NCBI GenBank assembly: GCA_050290185.1
Contig: JBNKHE010000001.1
Coordinates: 706,713-770,712 of the forward strand
Length of the DNA: 64,000 bases
Direction of reading: 5' to 3'
Origin: Pontiella sp.
Lineage (GTDB): Bacteria > Verrucomicrobiota > Kiritimatiellia > Kiritimatiellales > Pontiellaceae
The notes beneath the pieces were generated by a model. It was not told the DNA's origin and did not search any database. It saw only the letters and a list, made by a program, of their open reading frames with translations. Each line of letters begins with the position of its first letter. The stretch's first letter is position 1. The position numbers were made by a program, and so were the translations under genes. This document shows positions 10,212 through 19,452 of the stretch, piece after piece.

Positions 10212-11255
10212 CTAAATCCACTCCAGGTTGTCGTTGAGCCGCCCAAGGCTGCGATGGCGAGCCAACGTCTTCAGGCGAATGTATTGCGACTCGCGAAAGT
10301 TGGAATCGTTGAAGTTCATTTCAACCAGATTATTTCTCACCTCACGAATCGTATCTTCGAGGTTCCATACCGGCTGGTGATCCGGAGCCAGCTTCTTGTA
10401 GAGGTCAAAATTAACGCGATAGGAGCGTTTGTCCGGTACGGCGTCGGTATTCACAGTCACCTTTGCACCCGGAATCTGGACGGCAATGGCTTCGGCCAGA
10501 GGCTTGACCTGGGTATTCCATTCCGTGCAACCCGTATTGATGGCCAGAAACGCTCCTCCGTTGTCCGGCTTGCGCAACACGCCCCACTCGAAGGCCCGGG
10601 CCATATCCTTCGTGTTGATCATCGGACGCCACGGCGTACCGTCACTCAGAATGCCAATCTCCTTGTTGACGAGAGCTCCGGCGACAAAATCGTTGAGCAC
10701 CAGGTCCAGACGGAGGCGGCTGGTGAAGCCGCAAGCCGTCGCAAAACGCAGACAGGTGATGGAAAATCCTTCATCAGCGAGCGGTTCCAGATCTTTTTCT
10801 GCGGCTACCTTGGAACGGGCATAGGCCGTTAGAGGGTTGAGTTCATCGTCTTCCTTTTTCGGGAATTCGCTCGCCGCTCCGTACATACTGCAGCTGGAGG
10901 CGTAAACAAAGTTTTTCACCCCCTTGCGCTTGCACATTTCGGCCAGCCGGATGGCTGCCCGGTAGTTGACATCCATAGTGACTTCCTCGAACTGGTTGCC
11001 CATGGGATCGTTCGAAATGGCCGCCAGGTCGATCACGGCATCAACCCCGTCGAGCAACTCTTCCGGGAACTGCCGGATATCTGCAAACACCTGCCGGTTG
11101 AGCTTGAGTTCGGGAAGGAAACCCGCGTTGCTCAGACAATGTGCGAAGTATCCGATATCAACGCCGATCAGCTCGGCGTCTGGAAAGGTTTCGCGCAACC
11201 GCTCTGCCACGCTGGGACCAATGTACCCAAGATTTCCAACGATGATGATTTTCAT
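10212..11255 (-). CDS. NAD-dependent epimerase/dehydratase (extended SDR)
   Basis: GNLGYIG, LAAISND, SSCSMYG, YARSK. Confidence 0.9.
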   Translation of the reverse strand: MKIIIVGNLGYIGPSVAERLRETFPDAELIGVDIGYFAHCLSNAGFLPELKLNRQVFADIRQFPEELLDGVDAVIDLAAISNDPMGNQFEEVTMDVNYRAAIRLAEMCKRKGVKNFVYASSCSMYGAASEFPKKEDDELNPLTAYARSKVAAEKDLEPLADEGFSITCLRFATACGFTSRLRLDLVLNDFVAGALVNKEIGILSDGTPWRPMINTKDMARAFEWGVLRKPDNGGAFLAINTGCTEWNTQVKPLAEAIAVQIPGAKVTVNTDAVPDKRSYRVNFDLYKKLAPDHQPVWNLEDTIREVRNNLVEMNFNDSNFRESQYIRLKTLARHRSLGRLNDNLEWI

Positions 11256-12334
11256 GTAGCACTCCCGTTTGTTGTTTTATTTTTAAAATTCGACATGGCC
11301 AGCCAGCCTAGAAGACCGCCAATCAGTGCGCCAGTCAGGTTGTAAACCAGGTCCGGTGCACATGGCACCCGGTTCATGATATAGCGTTGCAGACATTCAA
11401 TCGTCAGGCTTGCGGCCCCTCCGAAGAGTAGCGGGATCACCACGGCCGCTAGTAATCTACGCTGTTCCAGACGCTCGGGAAGAAGCAGGTAGACAAAGAT
11501 CCCCAGCGGAATAAATCCCGCAATGTTAAAGAAACAGTCATCTAAGTTGCATGCGATCTCATCATGCATAACGAACAGGTTTCGATAGTGCAAAGGTCGC
11601 AATCCCATGGACCGAAGCCCGGACTTCCGCGTCACGGCATCAAAGTCATATGCCAGAACAGCCCCGGGCACCTCTTCATCCTGAGCCAGCCGCTTTGCTT
11701 CGCCGGCGGTTAGCGTACGATCATATAACGCCACGCGCCAAATATGCCCCGCCCAGCCGTCTCCGCCTGGCGGAAGATCCCCAAGCAACAGGACCTGATC
11801 CCGACCCCAGTTCTTAAAACCGCCATTCAGTTCATCCGATTCAGCCCGCAGTATTCCATCCACATAGAGCGCGGTATAGTCGCCGTCATACGTCACCACG
11901 ACGTGCTGCACCCGGTTGGTATCCAGACTCTGCGGCACAATCAGCCTGCCCCGCAATCCACCATGATCCGTCCGCGTGGTTCGCAGACGGAAATCCAAGG
12001 CGTTGCCTTCCTGCCCGAGAGAAAAATTGCGGTTCATGTTACCGCGCGCATATCCAAAGATGTTGGCGGCACCCACCTGCTTTAATGAATCCGTCTGAAG
12101 GCATGCCTCGATCGACAGCTGTCCCGTCTGCATCAGCGCTTCACGAATATGTTTTCCACCGCGACGGTCTTCCAGTGCGGCATCGCGCTGCACGTGCACT
12201 GCACCATCAGCAAAAGCGAGATCAGCCGGCGCGTATTGCAGGCCGCGGATCGGTCTAAAGGGGCGGAAGGCAAAATAGACCATCACCAACAGATAGAGGC
12301 CCGCCAATATACCAATCAGCCGCTTGTTCGTCAT
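11252..12334 (-). CDS. VanZ-family membrane protein with inserted LamG/concanavalin-like domain
   Basis: N-terminal TM; LamG motifs (HVVVTYDG..LYVDG, LYDRTLT); C-terminal VanZ motifs (NIAGFIPLG, IECLQ, R...DLVYNLTGA). Confidence 0.82.
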   Translation of the reverse strand: MTNKRLIGILAGLYLLVMVYFAFRPFRPIRGLQYAPADLAFADGAVHVQRDAALEDRRGGKHIREALMQTGQLSIEACLQTDSLKQVGAANIFGYARGNMNRNFSLGQEGNALDFRLRTTRTDHGGLRGRLIVPQSLDTNRVQHVVVTYDGDYTALYVDGILRAESDELNGGFKNWGRDQVLLLGDLPPGGDGWAGHIWRVALYDRTLTAGEAKRLAQDEEVPGAVLAYDFDAVTRKSGLRSMGLRPLHYRNLFVMHDEIACNLDDCFFNIAGFIPLGIFVYLLLPERLEQRRLLAAVVIPLLFGGAASLTIECLQRYIMNRVPCAPDLVYNLTGALIGGLLGWLAMSNFKNKTTNGSAT

Positions 12335-15093
12335 GGTTGCCGCACCGGTGTCTCTAATGTCCGTTGAATAATTTCGCCCATTTCTGGAATATCAAGCACA
12401 TCGGTATGGCTGCCGCCAATGGCATGCGCCTCGAAATTTCCATCGCAAAGATCCGCAAATCCGAGAAACGGATCTTCCCACCATCCCGGCAGGCCAAAAT
12501 AGCGTCCGACAACACAATCCGAACGGAAATAAAGCATGTCCCCTTTCAAACGCGAACTGCGGTGCCGTCTGACCGCTTTGACCATCGAACGCAAGCAATG
12601 CTCTGCGCGCCATTCCATTGGGATGGATTGGCCCGCCAGGTGGATCTTCAAAATCTTCCAACGTAACGGCAAAAGCTTCCATTCGCGCTTCATTTCCTTG
12701 CCCCATCGCAGCAGCCTGATCAGACCCGGAATCGCCCGGATCTTCGCGGCGTTGCCCACCGGAGGCGTATAATCGGATTCGGGCAGTTGATAGTGATCGC
12801 CCGTGTCCAGCCGGATGGCCTCGAGATCGGCTTTCATTTTATTAAACAGTTCAATATTGCGGGCGCTGTCCCATGGCTCATCCCGGCGATAGTGCCGCGA
12901 TTCCAGATTGGGTGAATCCCAGACCATCAACGGATAGATTACTTCCCGTCCCATCGTCTCCAGCTCCCGAACCAGTTCGATGGCAATCATCCCCCCGATA
13001 CAGTAGCCCCCCAACCGGACCGGACCTTCAGGGAGGAAGCGAACCAGCTCGTTGCAGTATTCCTTCGCCATCTGGCGGATATTCGCGGAGCCGGGTCGGC
13101 CATCCCACCCCGGCCACTGAAAGGCGTATACCGGTTGCCGACGGTCCATCATGTGCACAAAATCATGGTATACAAGTACGTTCCCTTGGCCTCCATGCAC
13201 CAGAAACAGCGGAGGAATGCCGGACTCTCCCTGCTGGATCATTTTCAACGACCGGAATGCCGAAAGGTCGGGGATATCGCTTTCTCCGTCGATCAACCTG
13301 GCCAACTCCGCAATGGTGGAGGCGTGGGTCAGTGTGGAAAGGGACAGATCCATTCCAAAGTGCTGCTGGATCTTCAGGAACAAAGTAACAGCGCGCAGCG
13401 AATCGCCGCCCAGCTCAAAAAAATCGGCCACACGCGGAATGCCGTCGAGCCCCAACAGTTCACTCCAAATTTCAGCAAGCCCCTCTTCGGTCGCCGATTC
13501 GTAGCGGACTTCTTCTCCGGCATACTGACTGTTTTCAATCGACGGCTTCGGCAGCGATTTGAGATCAACCTTGCCGCTTGGAGCATACGGAATCCGCTCG
13601 ATCTGGATCAGAAACGCCGGAACCATATAATCGGGCAGCTTGGCATCAAGATGGCAACGCAACTCCGCAAAAGACACTGAAGCCCCGTCCTGCACGGTGT
13701 AATATGCCGCCAGTTGCTGCGCACCATCCGAACCGACAAAGGCATGCGTCAGGCATTGGCTGATGCCCGCCAGCTGTGAAGCGGCATTGTTGATTTCGCC
13801 CGGCTCGATCCGATGCCCGAGTATCTTGACCTGATGATCCCGCCGTCCATGGAAAAGGATACTTCCGTCCGGAGCATAGGAGGCCAGATCTCCCGTTTTA
13901 TAGAGTATGGGGCGCTCCGGGACTTCGAATGGATTGAGATGAAACGCCTGCTTCGTGAGGTCATCGCGTCCAATGTAGCCATGCGCCAGGTTGCGCCCGG
14001 CCAAATAGAGCTCGCCGGTTTCACCGTCGGCAACGGGTTGCATGCATTCATCGAGGATGCAGGTTCCACAGTTCTTGAGCGGCGTTCCGATAGAAGGGAG
14101 ATCGGGCCAGCGTGAAGGATCGCCTTCCAGAAGATACGCCGTGATGACGTGCGTTTCCGAGGGCCCGTATTGATTATCCAAAGAAGAGCCTTCAACCTTC
14201 CGGAAAAACGTTCTGACCGTGTCGTCGACCCGGAGTTGTTCTCCGGCGGTGATTACCTCTTTAAGCGAGCGTGGATAGATGCCGATCATATGGGCAGCCT
14301 CAATCATGCTACGCATGGCGACATAAGGAAGGAAGAGCCGCTCCAGCCGTTGCCCGACCAGATAGTCCAGCAGCTTACGCGGATCTTTACGGTCATCATT
14401 GGTAATCAGGTGCAACACTCCGCCCGAGGCAAGCGTCGTGGCAATTTCCTGGAAGGAAACATCAAAGCTGATACTTGAATACTGGAGCACCCGCGCAGAC
14501 GGTTTGAAGGTTGTGCGTTCCAGCTGCCATTCAATCAGGTTGGCCAGCGCCCGGTGCGGCATGGCAATTCCCTTCGGCCGGCCGGTGGAGCCGGAGGTGA
14601 AGATCACGTAGGCCACGGTCTCGGGATCGATCTCGATCCCAACCGGATCCGCAGGTTCGCCAGGCAGGCACTTTTCAAGATCCTCCCAAACGAAAACCGT
14701 TCCATTTTCGTCGTCAAACATTTCAGCATGACTACGATGCGACAGAATACAGCGCAACCCGGCATCTTCCTGCATCATGGCCAGCCGCTCCGCCGGATAG
14801 GCCGGATCGAGGGGCACATAGGCGGCACCAACCTTGAGAATTCCCAATAGGGACGCAACCATTTCAATGGAGCGGTCCAGACATATTCCGACGCAATCAC
14901 CCGGCTGGACACCGGCATGCAACAGGTAATGAGCAATCTGGTTGGATTGGCAATCCAGCTCGCCATAGGTTAGCGACCGGCTACCGAAAACCAGAGCCGG
15001 CTGCGAAGAGTGGACGGCCATGGCGACATCGATCCATTCCACCACGGTGGCATGGAGCATCGGTTCATCGGGAAGTGGAAGTAGATGATTCAT
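12331..15093 (-). CDS. Stand-alone NRPS-like protein, adenylation-thiolation-thioesterase (A-T-TE)
   Basis: YVIFTSGSTGRPKG, SFDVS, YGPSE, YKTGD, GRRDHQVKILGHRIE, SGKVD; PCP DFFELGGDSL; TE LVHGG...GGYCIGG...GGSH. Confidence 0.93.
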   Translation of the reverse strand: MNHLLPLPDEPMLHATVVEWIDVAMAVHSSQPALVFGSRSLTYGELDCQSNQIAHYLLHAGVQPGDCVGICLDRSIEMVASLLGILKVGAAYVPLDPAYPAERLAMMQEDAGLRCILSHRSHAEMFDDENGTVFVWEDLEKCLPGEPADPVGIEIDPETVAYVIFTSGSTGRPKGIAMPHRALANLIEWQLERTTFKPSARVLQYSSISFDVSFQEIATTLASGGVLHLITNDDRKDPRKLLDYLVGQRLERLFLPYVAMRSMIEAAHMIGIYPRSLKEVITAGEQLRVDDTVRTFFRKVEGSSLDNQYGPSETHVITAYLLEGDPSRWPDLPSIGTPLKNCGTCILDECMQPVADGETGELYLAGRNLAHGYIGRDDLTKQAFHLNPFEVPERPILYKTGDLASYAPDGSILFHGRRDHQVKILGHRIEPGEINNAASQLAGISQCLTHAFVGSDGAQQLAAYYTVQDGASVSFAELRCHLDAKLPDYMVPAFLIQIERIPYAPSGKVDLKSLPKPSIENSQYAGEEVRYESATEEGLAEIWSELLGLDGIPRVADFFELGGDSLRAVTLFLKIQQHFGMDLSLSTLTHASTIAELARLIDGESDIPDLSAFRSLKMIQQGESGIPPLFLVHGGQGNVLVYHDFVHMMDRRQPVYAFQWPGWDGRPGSANIRQMAKEYCNELVRFLPEGPVRLGGYCIGGMIAIELVRELETMGREVIYPLMVWDSPNLESRHYRRDEPWDSARNIELFNKMKADLEAIRLDTGDHYQLPESDYTPPVGNAAKIRAIPGLIRLLRWGKEMKREWKLLPLRWKILKIHLAGQSIPMEWRAEHCLRSMVKAVRRHRSSRLKGDMLYFRSDCVVGRYFGLPGWWEDPFLGFADLCDGNFEAHAIGGSHTDVLDIPEMGEIIQRTLETPVRQP

Positions 15094-16268
15094 TCAGTTC
15101 CTTCAAAATAGTAGTTGTTCACAACGCGTGCGCCATCAGGCTGGCTCAGGACGTCGACATGGTTGCCACCCACGACATATCCCTTGAAATCGCCGGTGCA
15201 CAGATCGCCGAAGCCCAGGAATGGATCTGACCACCATCCCTGCAAATTCATCGGACGTCCAAGAATTACATCGGAACGGAAGTAGGTCACGGAACCGGGA
15301 TAACGGACCGTGAACCGCTTTTTCAAAGCGAAGTAGCTTGTTGTCATGCAATAGATCCAGCGCCATTTAACCTGCACCGGCCTATTGAAGAAGAGACGTA
15401 GCTTCATCGGGATCGTGCCAACGATGATTTGCGTGGTGCGGGCAAAAGTATAGATCCTGGGGAATCGGCGCAGCATTTCGTACGTTCCGCTGAACTGAGT
15501 CGGAGTGACCAACGGCTCGCAGTCGGCCTTCAATGCGCATCGATGCTCTTCCAACTCCGACACCATCCGCCGGAATTGAACGTAATCATCAGATGAATAC
15601 CATGGCTCCCGGCGGTGATAGCTGCTGGAACCGACATTCGGAGCATCCCATATAAATACAGGCCCCTCGATTTCCCGTCCTTTCGACTGGAGTATCTGCG
15701 CCACTTCGAGCGCAATCAGGCCGCCAATGCAATACCCCCCGAGACGCAACGGCCCGGTGGGATGAAAGCGGATCAGTTCATCCGCATAAGTCGTTGCCAT
15801 GGCGTGCAACGTTTTATCGCCCCGGCGCCCATCCCATCCGGTCCAGCGGAAGGCATAAACCGGAATTCTGGAATCCAGAAGTTTCGTCAAACGACGAAAT
15901 ACCCTGGCGTTTCCATCCCCTCCGTGTACCAGAAACAGCGGAATCACGTCAGGATCTCCCGGCCGAATACACTTAAGAGCCCTGTACTGTTCCGCGCCAT
16001 GAGTCTTCAGAGCGTGATCGATAACCTGTGCCAGATTGCGGATCGTGGGAGGTAACGAAAGGTCAAAAAGCGGGATTTCCTGTCGATGGTGCCGACGAAC
16101 CCGTTCATACACCTGCAGCGCCAGCAGCGAGTCGCCGCCGATATTGAAAAAATCATCGTCCAGGCCCACGTCGGGCAGATGCAGGAGTTCCTTGCATAAA
16201 TCGAGCAGGAGCTTCTCGGACGATGTGGGTTCGGGCATGGAAGTTGAAGGTTTCATGGCTTTATTCAT
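15090..16268 (-). CDS. Carrier protein-thioesterase didomain (T-TE)
   Basis: DDDFFNIGGDSL phosphopantetheine site; TE LVHGG...GGYCIGG...WDAP...GGNH; clear paralogue of the A-T-TE C-terminus. Confidence 0.88.
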   Translation of the reverse strand: MNKAMKPSTSMPEPTSSEKLLLDLCKELLHLPDVGLDDDFFNIGGDSLLALQVYERVRRHHRQEIPLFDLSLPPTIRNLAQVIDHALKTHGAEQYRALKCIRPGDPDVIPLFLVHGGDGNARVFRRLTKLLDSRIPVYAFRWTGWDGRRGDKTLHAMATTYADELIRFHPTGPLRLGGYCIGGLIALEVAQILQSKGREIEGPVFIWDAPNVGSSSYHRREPWYSSDDYVQFRRMVSELEEHRCALKADCEPLVTPTQFSGTYEMLRRFPRIYTFARTTQIIVGTIPMKLRLFFNRPVQVKWRWIYCMTTSYFALKKRFTVRYPGSVTYFRSDVILGRPMNLQGWWSDPFLGFGDLCTGDFKGYVVGGNHVDVLSQPDGARVVNNYYFEGTE

Positions 16269-16313
16269 GGCCGGGTGTGATTCGGAAGAATCGTTTCAGA
16301 CAGGAATCAAACG

Positions 16314-17093
16314 CTATTTACCGCCGTGAAAAAACTGGCGAAGTTTGCTGAGGTTTTTCCAGGCCAGCGTATGCCCCCCTCCGATTTTGTGACGGCGGAT
16401 GACCTGCCAGTCTTCTTTCATCTTCTGGATGATATGCCCCAGACTGCGGTTACTGATTCCGCCAACCCGCATCTTGACCAACATCATTCGAAGGTATGCG
16501 GGTTCCACCTCGTATTTCGAAAGAATGCGCATCATAAAATCATAATCAGCCGCACAACTGAACGATGTGTCGAAATACTCACCATTGTCCAGCATGGCGC
16601 GCTCATACACCTCGCGCCGGAGGTACAGCGTCGGATGCGGCGGCATCCAACCCCACTTCAAATTGCGATGGTAGTAAATGCCGCTCTCCCAGTGACGGAC
16701 AACAGCAAATCCCCCGTCCGGATTCGGCCTTACATACTGCAAATCGCCATACACGGCCTCGGCCCCGGAATTTTCGAAAGCGCATGAAACCCGGCTAAGC
16801 ACGTTGGGGCTTGCGAAGAAATCATCGGCATGCAAAAACCCGACAACATCTCCCGAGGCCATCCGCACCCCTTTGTTCAATGCATCGTAGATGCCGTTGT
16901 CCCTTTCCGACAGCAACCGGTCAGGCTGGAACTCCGAATCCTTGATCACGTGCAAGGTTCGATCCGAGGACGCACCATCCACCACAATCCATTCGATCTG
17001 GTCGCGCGGGAAGTCCTGTTCGGCGATCGATCGCTGTGTATCGGCAATGCTGGCCTCGGAATTGTATGTTGCTGTGATGATGGAAAACTTCAT
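16314..17093 (-). CDS. Glycosyltransferase family 2 (WcaE-like)
   Basis: MKFSIITATYN, VDGASSD, GIYDALNKG, FLHADD, PPHPT; start trimmed to 17093. Confidence 0.92.
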   Translation of the reverse strand: MKFSIITATYNSEASIADTQRSIAEQDFPRDQIEWIVVDGASSDRTLHVIKDSEFQPDRLLSERDNGIYDALNKGVRMASGDVVGFLHADDFFASPNVLSRVSCAFENSGAEAVYGDLQYVRPNPDGGFAVVRHWESGIYYHRNLKWGWMPPHPTLYLRREVYERAMLDNGEYFDTSFSCAADYDFMMRILSKYEVEPAYLRMMLVKMRVGGISNRSLGHIIQKMKEDWQVIRRHKIGGGHTLAWKNLSKLRQFFHGGK

Positions 17094-17100
17094 CGGCTTC

Positions 17101-18060
17101 TTATTGTTGGTTATAGACCTTGAACCATTCGACGAACCGGACCAGTCCTTCCTGGAGACCGGTGGCGGGTTGATATCCGAGCTTGGCCTTGGCTTTTTCA
17201 ATATCAGCATAGGTAACCGGCACATCACCGGGTTGCATCGGCAACATTTCCATCTGCGGCTCGATGCCGAGCGCATCGCCGAGATATTTAATCATATCCA
17301 TCAGCAGCTCGGGCTGGTTGTTACCGAGGTTGAACACTTCGTATTGCTCTAGTCCATCAGCAAACAAGGCGGCAACCACGCCCTGAACAATATCGTCGAT
17401 ATAGGTGAAGTCTCGCTTCATATCCCCGTGGTTGAACACCTTGATCGGCTGCCCCTTCAGCATGGCGTCGGAAAAGAGCCAATAGGCCATATCCGGGCGA
17501 CCTTCTGGCCCATACACCGTGAAGAAGCGCAGTCCAATCGACTGAAACCCGTAGAGGTACGTATAGCTATGCGCCATCAGCTCATTAGCCTTCTTCGTAG
17601 CGGCGTAAAGACTGACGGGATGGTCGACCAGATCGCTTTCCGAAAAGGGAACCTTCTCATTCCCGCCATACACGCTTGAACTCGAAGCATAGACCAGCCG
17701 CGGTACATCATGATGACGGCAGCATTCGAGAATATTCAAATGGCCCGCAAGGTTGGATTGCTCGTAGGCAAAAGGGTTCTGCAACGAGTAGCGCACACCG
17801 GCCTGGGCAGCGAGATGGCAGACCCGATCAAATTTATGTTCGCCGAAGAGTGATGATAGCAGTTCATAGTCGATCAAATCACCACGCACTCCCACAAATC
17901 CCTCGCGTGCCTCCAGCCGCGCATGCCGCGCTTCTTTCAGGGCGATAGGATAATAGTCGTTAAAGTTATCCAGGCCGACCACCTCATGCCCTTCATCCAA
18001 TAACGCGTGCGCTACATAGGAACCAATAAAACCAGCAGTACCTGTTATAAAAACCTTCAA
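17101..18060 (-). CDS. UDP-glucuronate 4-epimerase-like NAD-dependent epimerase
   Basis: TGTAGFIG, HLAAQAGVRYS, YAATKKANE, FFTVYGP.GRPDMA, QPGDV. Confidence 0.92.
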   Translation of the reverse strand: MKVFITGTAGFIGSYVAHALLDEGHEVVGLDNFNDYYPIALKEARHARLEAREGFVGVRGDLIDYELLSSLFGEHKFDRVCHLAAQAGVRYSLQNPFAYEQSNLAGHLNILECCRHHDVPRLVYASSSSVYGGNEKVPFSESDLVDHPVSLYAATKKANELMAHSYTYLYGFQSIGLRFFTVYGPEGRPDMAYWLFSDAMLKGQPIKVFNHGDMKRDFTYIDDIVQGVVAALFADGLEQYEVFNLGNNQPELLMDMIKYLGDALGIEPQMEMLPMQPGDVPVTYADIEKAKAKLGYQPATGLQEGLVRFVEWFKVYNQQ

Positions 18061-18902
18061 AGCGAACTCCCCTCGGACATTTGTTTGTATCTTAATTCAA
18101 CGACTTTCAAATCAATCATAAACTCATATACGGACCGCATCATGGAATAGCGAAACCCGGGTCGGCCATCAAGAAAGCCCATCCGGAAAAAATAGAGATA
18201 AACAAACATCAGCAACGGCCTTCCGGGCATGCGGTAGGCCAGCGTTTTGAGCGCCCGACGCTTAGTGGCCGCGTCGGAAGAAAAAAGTTCCCGAAAGCGG
18301 AAGCGACCGGACACCTCCTCGATCAAATCCTGTGCTTCCATGTTTGAATAGCGGTTGTGCCGATCAAACCAATGGCCAATACCATGCGAAAAAGGATGAT
18401 GGATGATATGCCCGTTCAGCGTTCCGGTTTCGCCGTCCACGACGGCCACGGGATTCACCAGCCGTTCGTATCGGATTTTATCCGGACGGAACACCCGGGT
18501 GATCCAGGTCGGGTAAAGTTGAGAGCGCTTAAGCCACCGGCCCATGAAATAGTCCTTCCGGCGCACCTGAAAAGCCGCAACGTTCCGGACAGATTCGTCA
18601 AGCCGCTCAAGCTCCTGCCGAAGCTCGTCATCGCAGGTTTCATCTGCATCGGTATAGTACACCCAGGGGTGCTTGAACTGAATATTCTGCACCGCCCAAT
18701 TCTGGTGAGCCGACCAGTTGTCAAACTCCCGCCGAACAATCCGGGCACCCATTTTTTCCGCCAGCTCAACCGTTCGGTCATCGCTGAGCGAGTCATACAC
18801 GACAATATCATCAGACCAGGATACGGCCTGAATGCACCGTTCGATGTTGATCTCTTCGTTCTTGGTAAGGATCAGGATGGAAACCGGAGGCATGCTACTC
18901 AT
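18057..18902 (-). CDS. Glycosyltransferase family 2
   Basis: SILILTKNEE, DSLSDDRT, DADE, GFLDG. Confidence 0.92.
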   Translation of the reverse strand: MSSMPPVSILILTKNEEINIERCIQAVSWSDDIVVYDSLSDDRTVELAEKMGARIVRREFDNWSAHQNWAVQNIQFKHPWVYYTDADETCDDELRQELERLDESVRNVAAFQVRRKDYFMGRWLKRSQLYPTWITRVFRPDKIRYERLVNPVAVVDGETGTLNGHIIHHPFSHGIGHWFDRHNRYSNMEAQDLIEEVSGRFRFRELFSSDAATKRRALKTLAYRMPGRPLLMFVYLYFFRMGFLDGRPGFRYSMMRSVYEFMIDLKVVELRYKQMSEGSSL

Positions 18903-19452
18903 TTCCCTTCAGTGTACGCTGTTTGACGACCCGCGCCGGATTGCCGGCAACAATATCCCATGGTTCAACATCCCGCGTGACGACCGCGCACGCCCCCACC
19001 ACAGCTCCATCCCCTACAGTCACGCCCGGTCCAACGAATGCATCCGCACAAATCCAAGCCTGCCGGCCAATCGATATAGGCGGTGTCAGCAACGGGAGCG
19101 ATGGATCCCGGTAATCATGGGTGCCCGCGCACAAGTGTGCCCGTTGAGAAATGGTGACCTTATCGCCGATCCGGATCACACCCAGGTTATAGATATAGGC
19201 ATGTTCCCCGATGGCCGACCAGTCACCGACCTCCAGATTCCACGGGAAATAGATCGTTGCGGTATTCGCAATGTTCACATTGCGGCCGACCTTCGCCCCG
19301 AACAGGCGGAGCAGGAACCTCCTTGGTGCCTGGACCGGCCGGGGCACCAGCCGAAAAAAGATGCGTACAACAGCCCACAAAACGCGCAGGATCTGAATCC
19401 GCAACGAATACTTCCGGTCTCCCCGGTTTTGGCTGATATCCAGTTCGCTCAT
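18895..19452 (-). CDS. wcaF: WcaF-like hexapeptide-repeat acetyltransferase
   Basis: LLRLFGAKVG, FPWNLEVGD, ISQRAHLCAGTHDY, AGNPAR. Confidence 0.85.
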   Translation of the reverse strand: MSELDISQNRGDRKYSLRIQILRVLWAVVRIFFRLVPRPVQAPRRFLLRLFGAKVGRNVNIANTATIYFPWNLEVGDWSAIGEHAYIYNLGVIRIGDKVTISQRAHLCAGTHDYRDPSLPLLTPPISIGRQAWICADAFVGPGVTVGDGAVVGACAVVTRDVEPWDIVAGNPARVVKQRTLKGNE

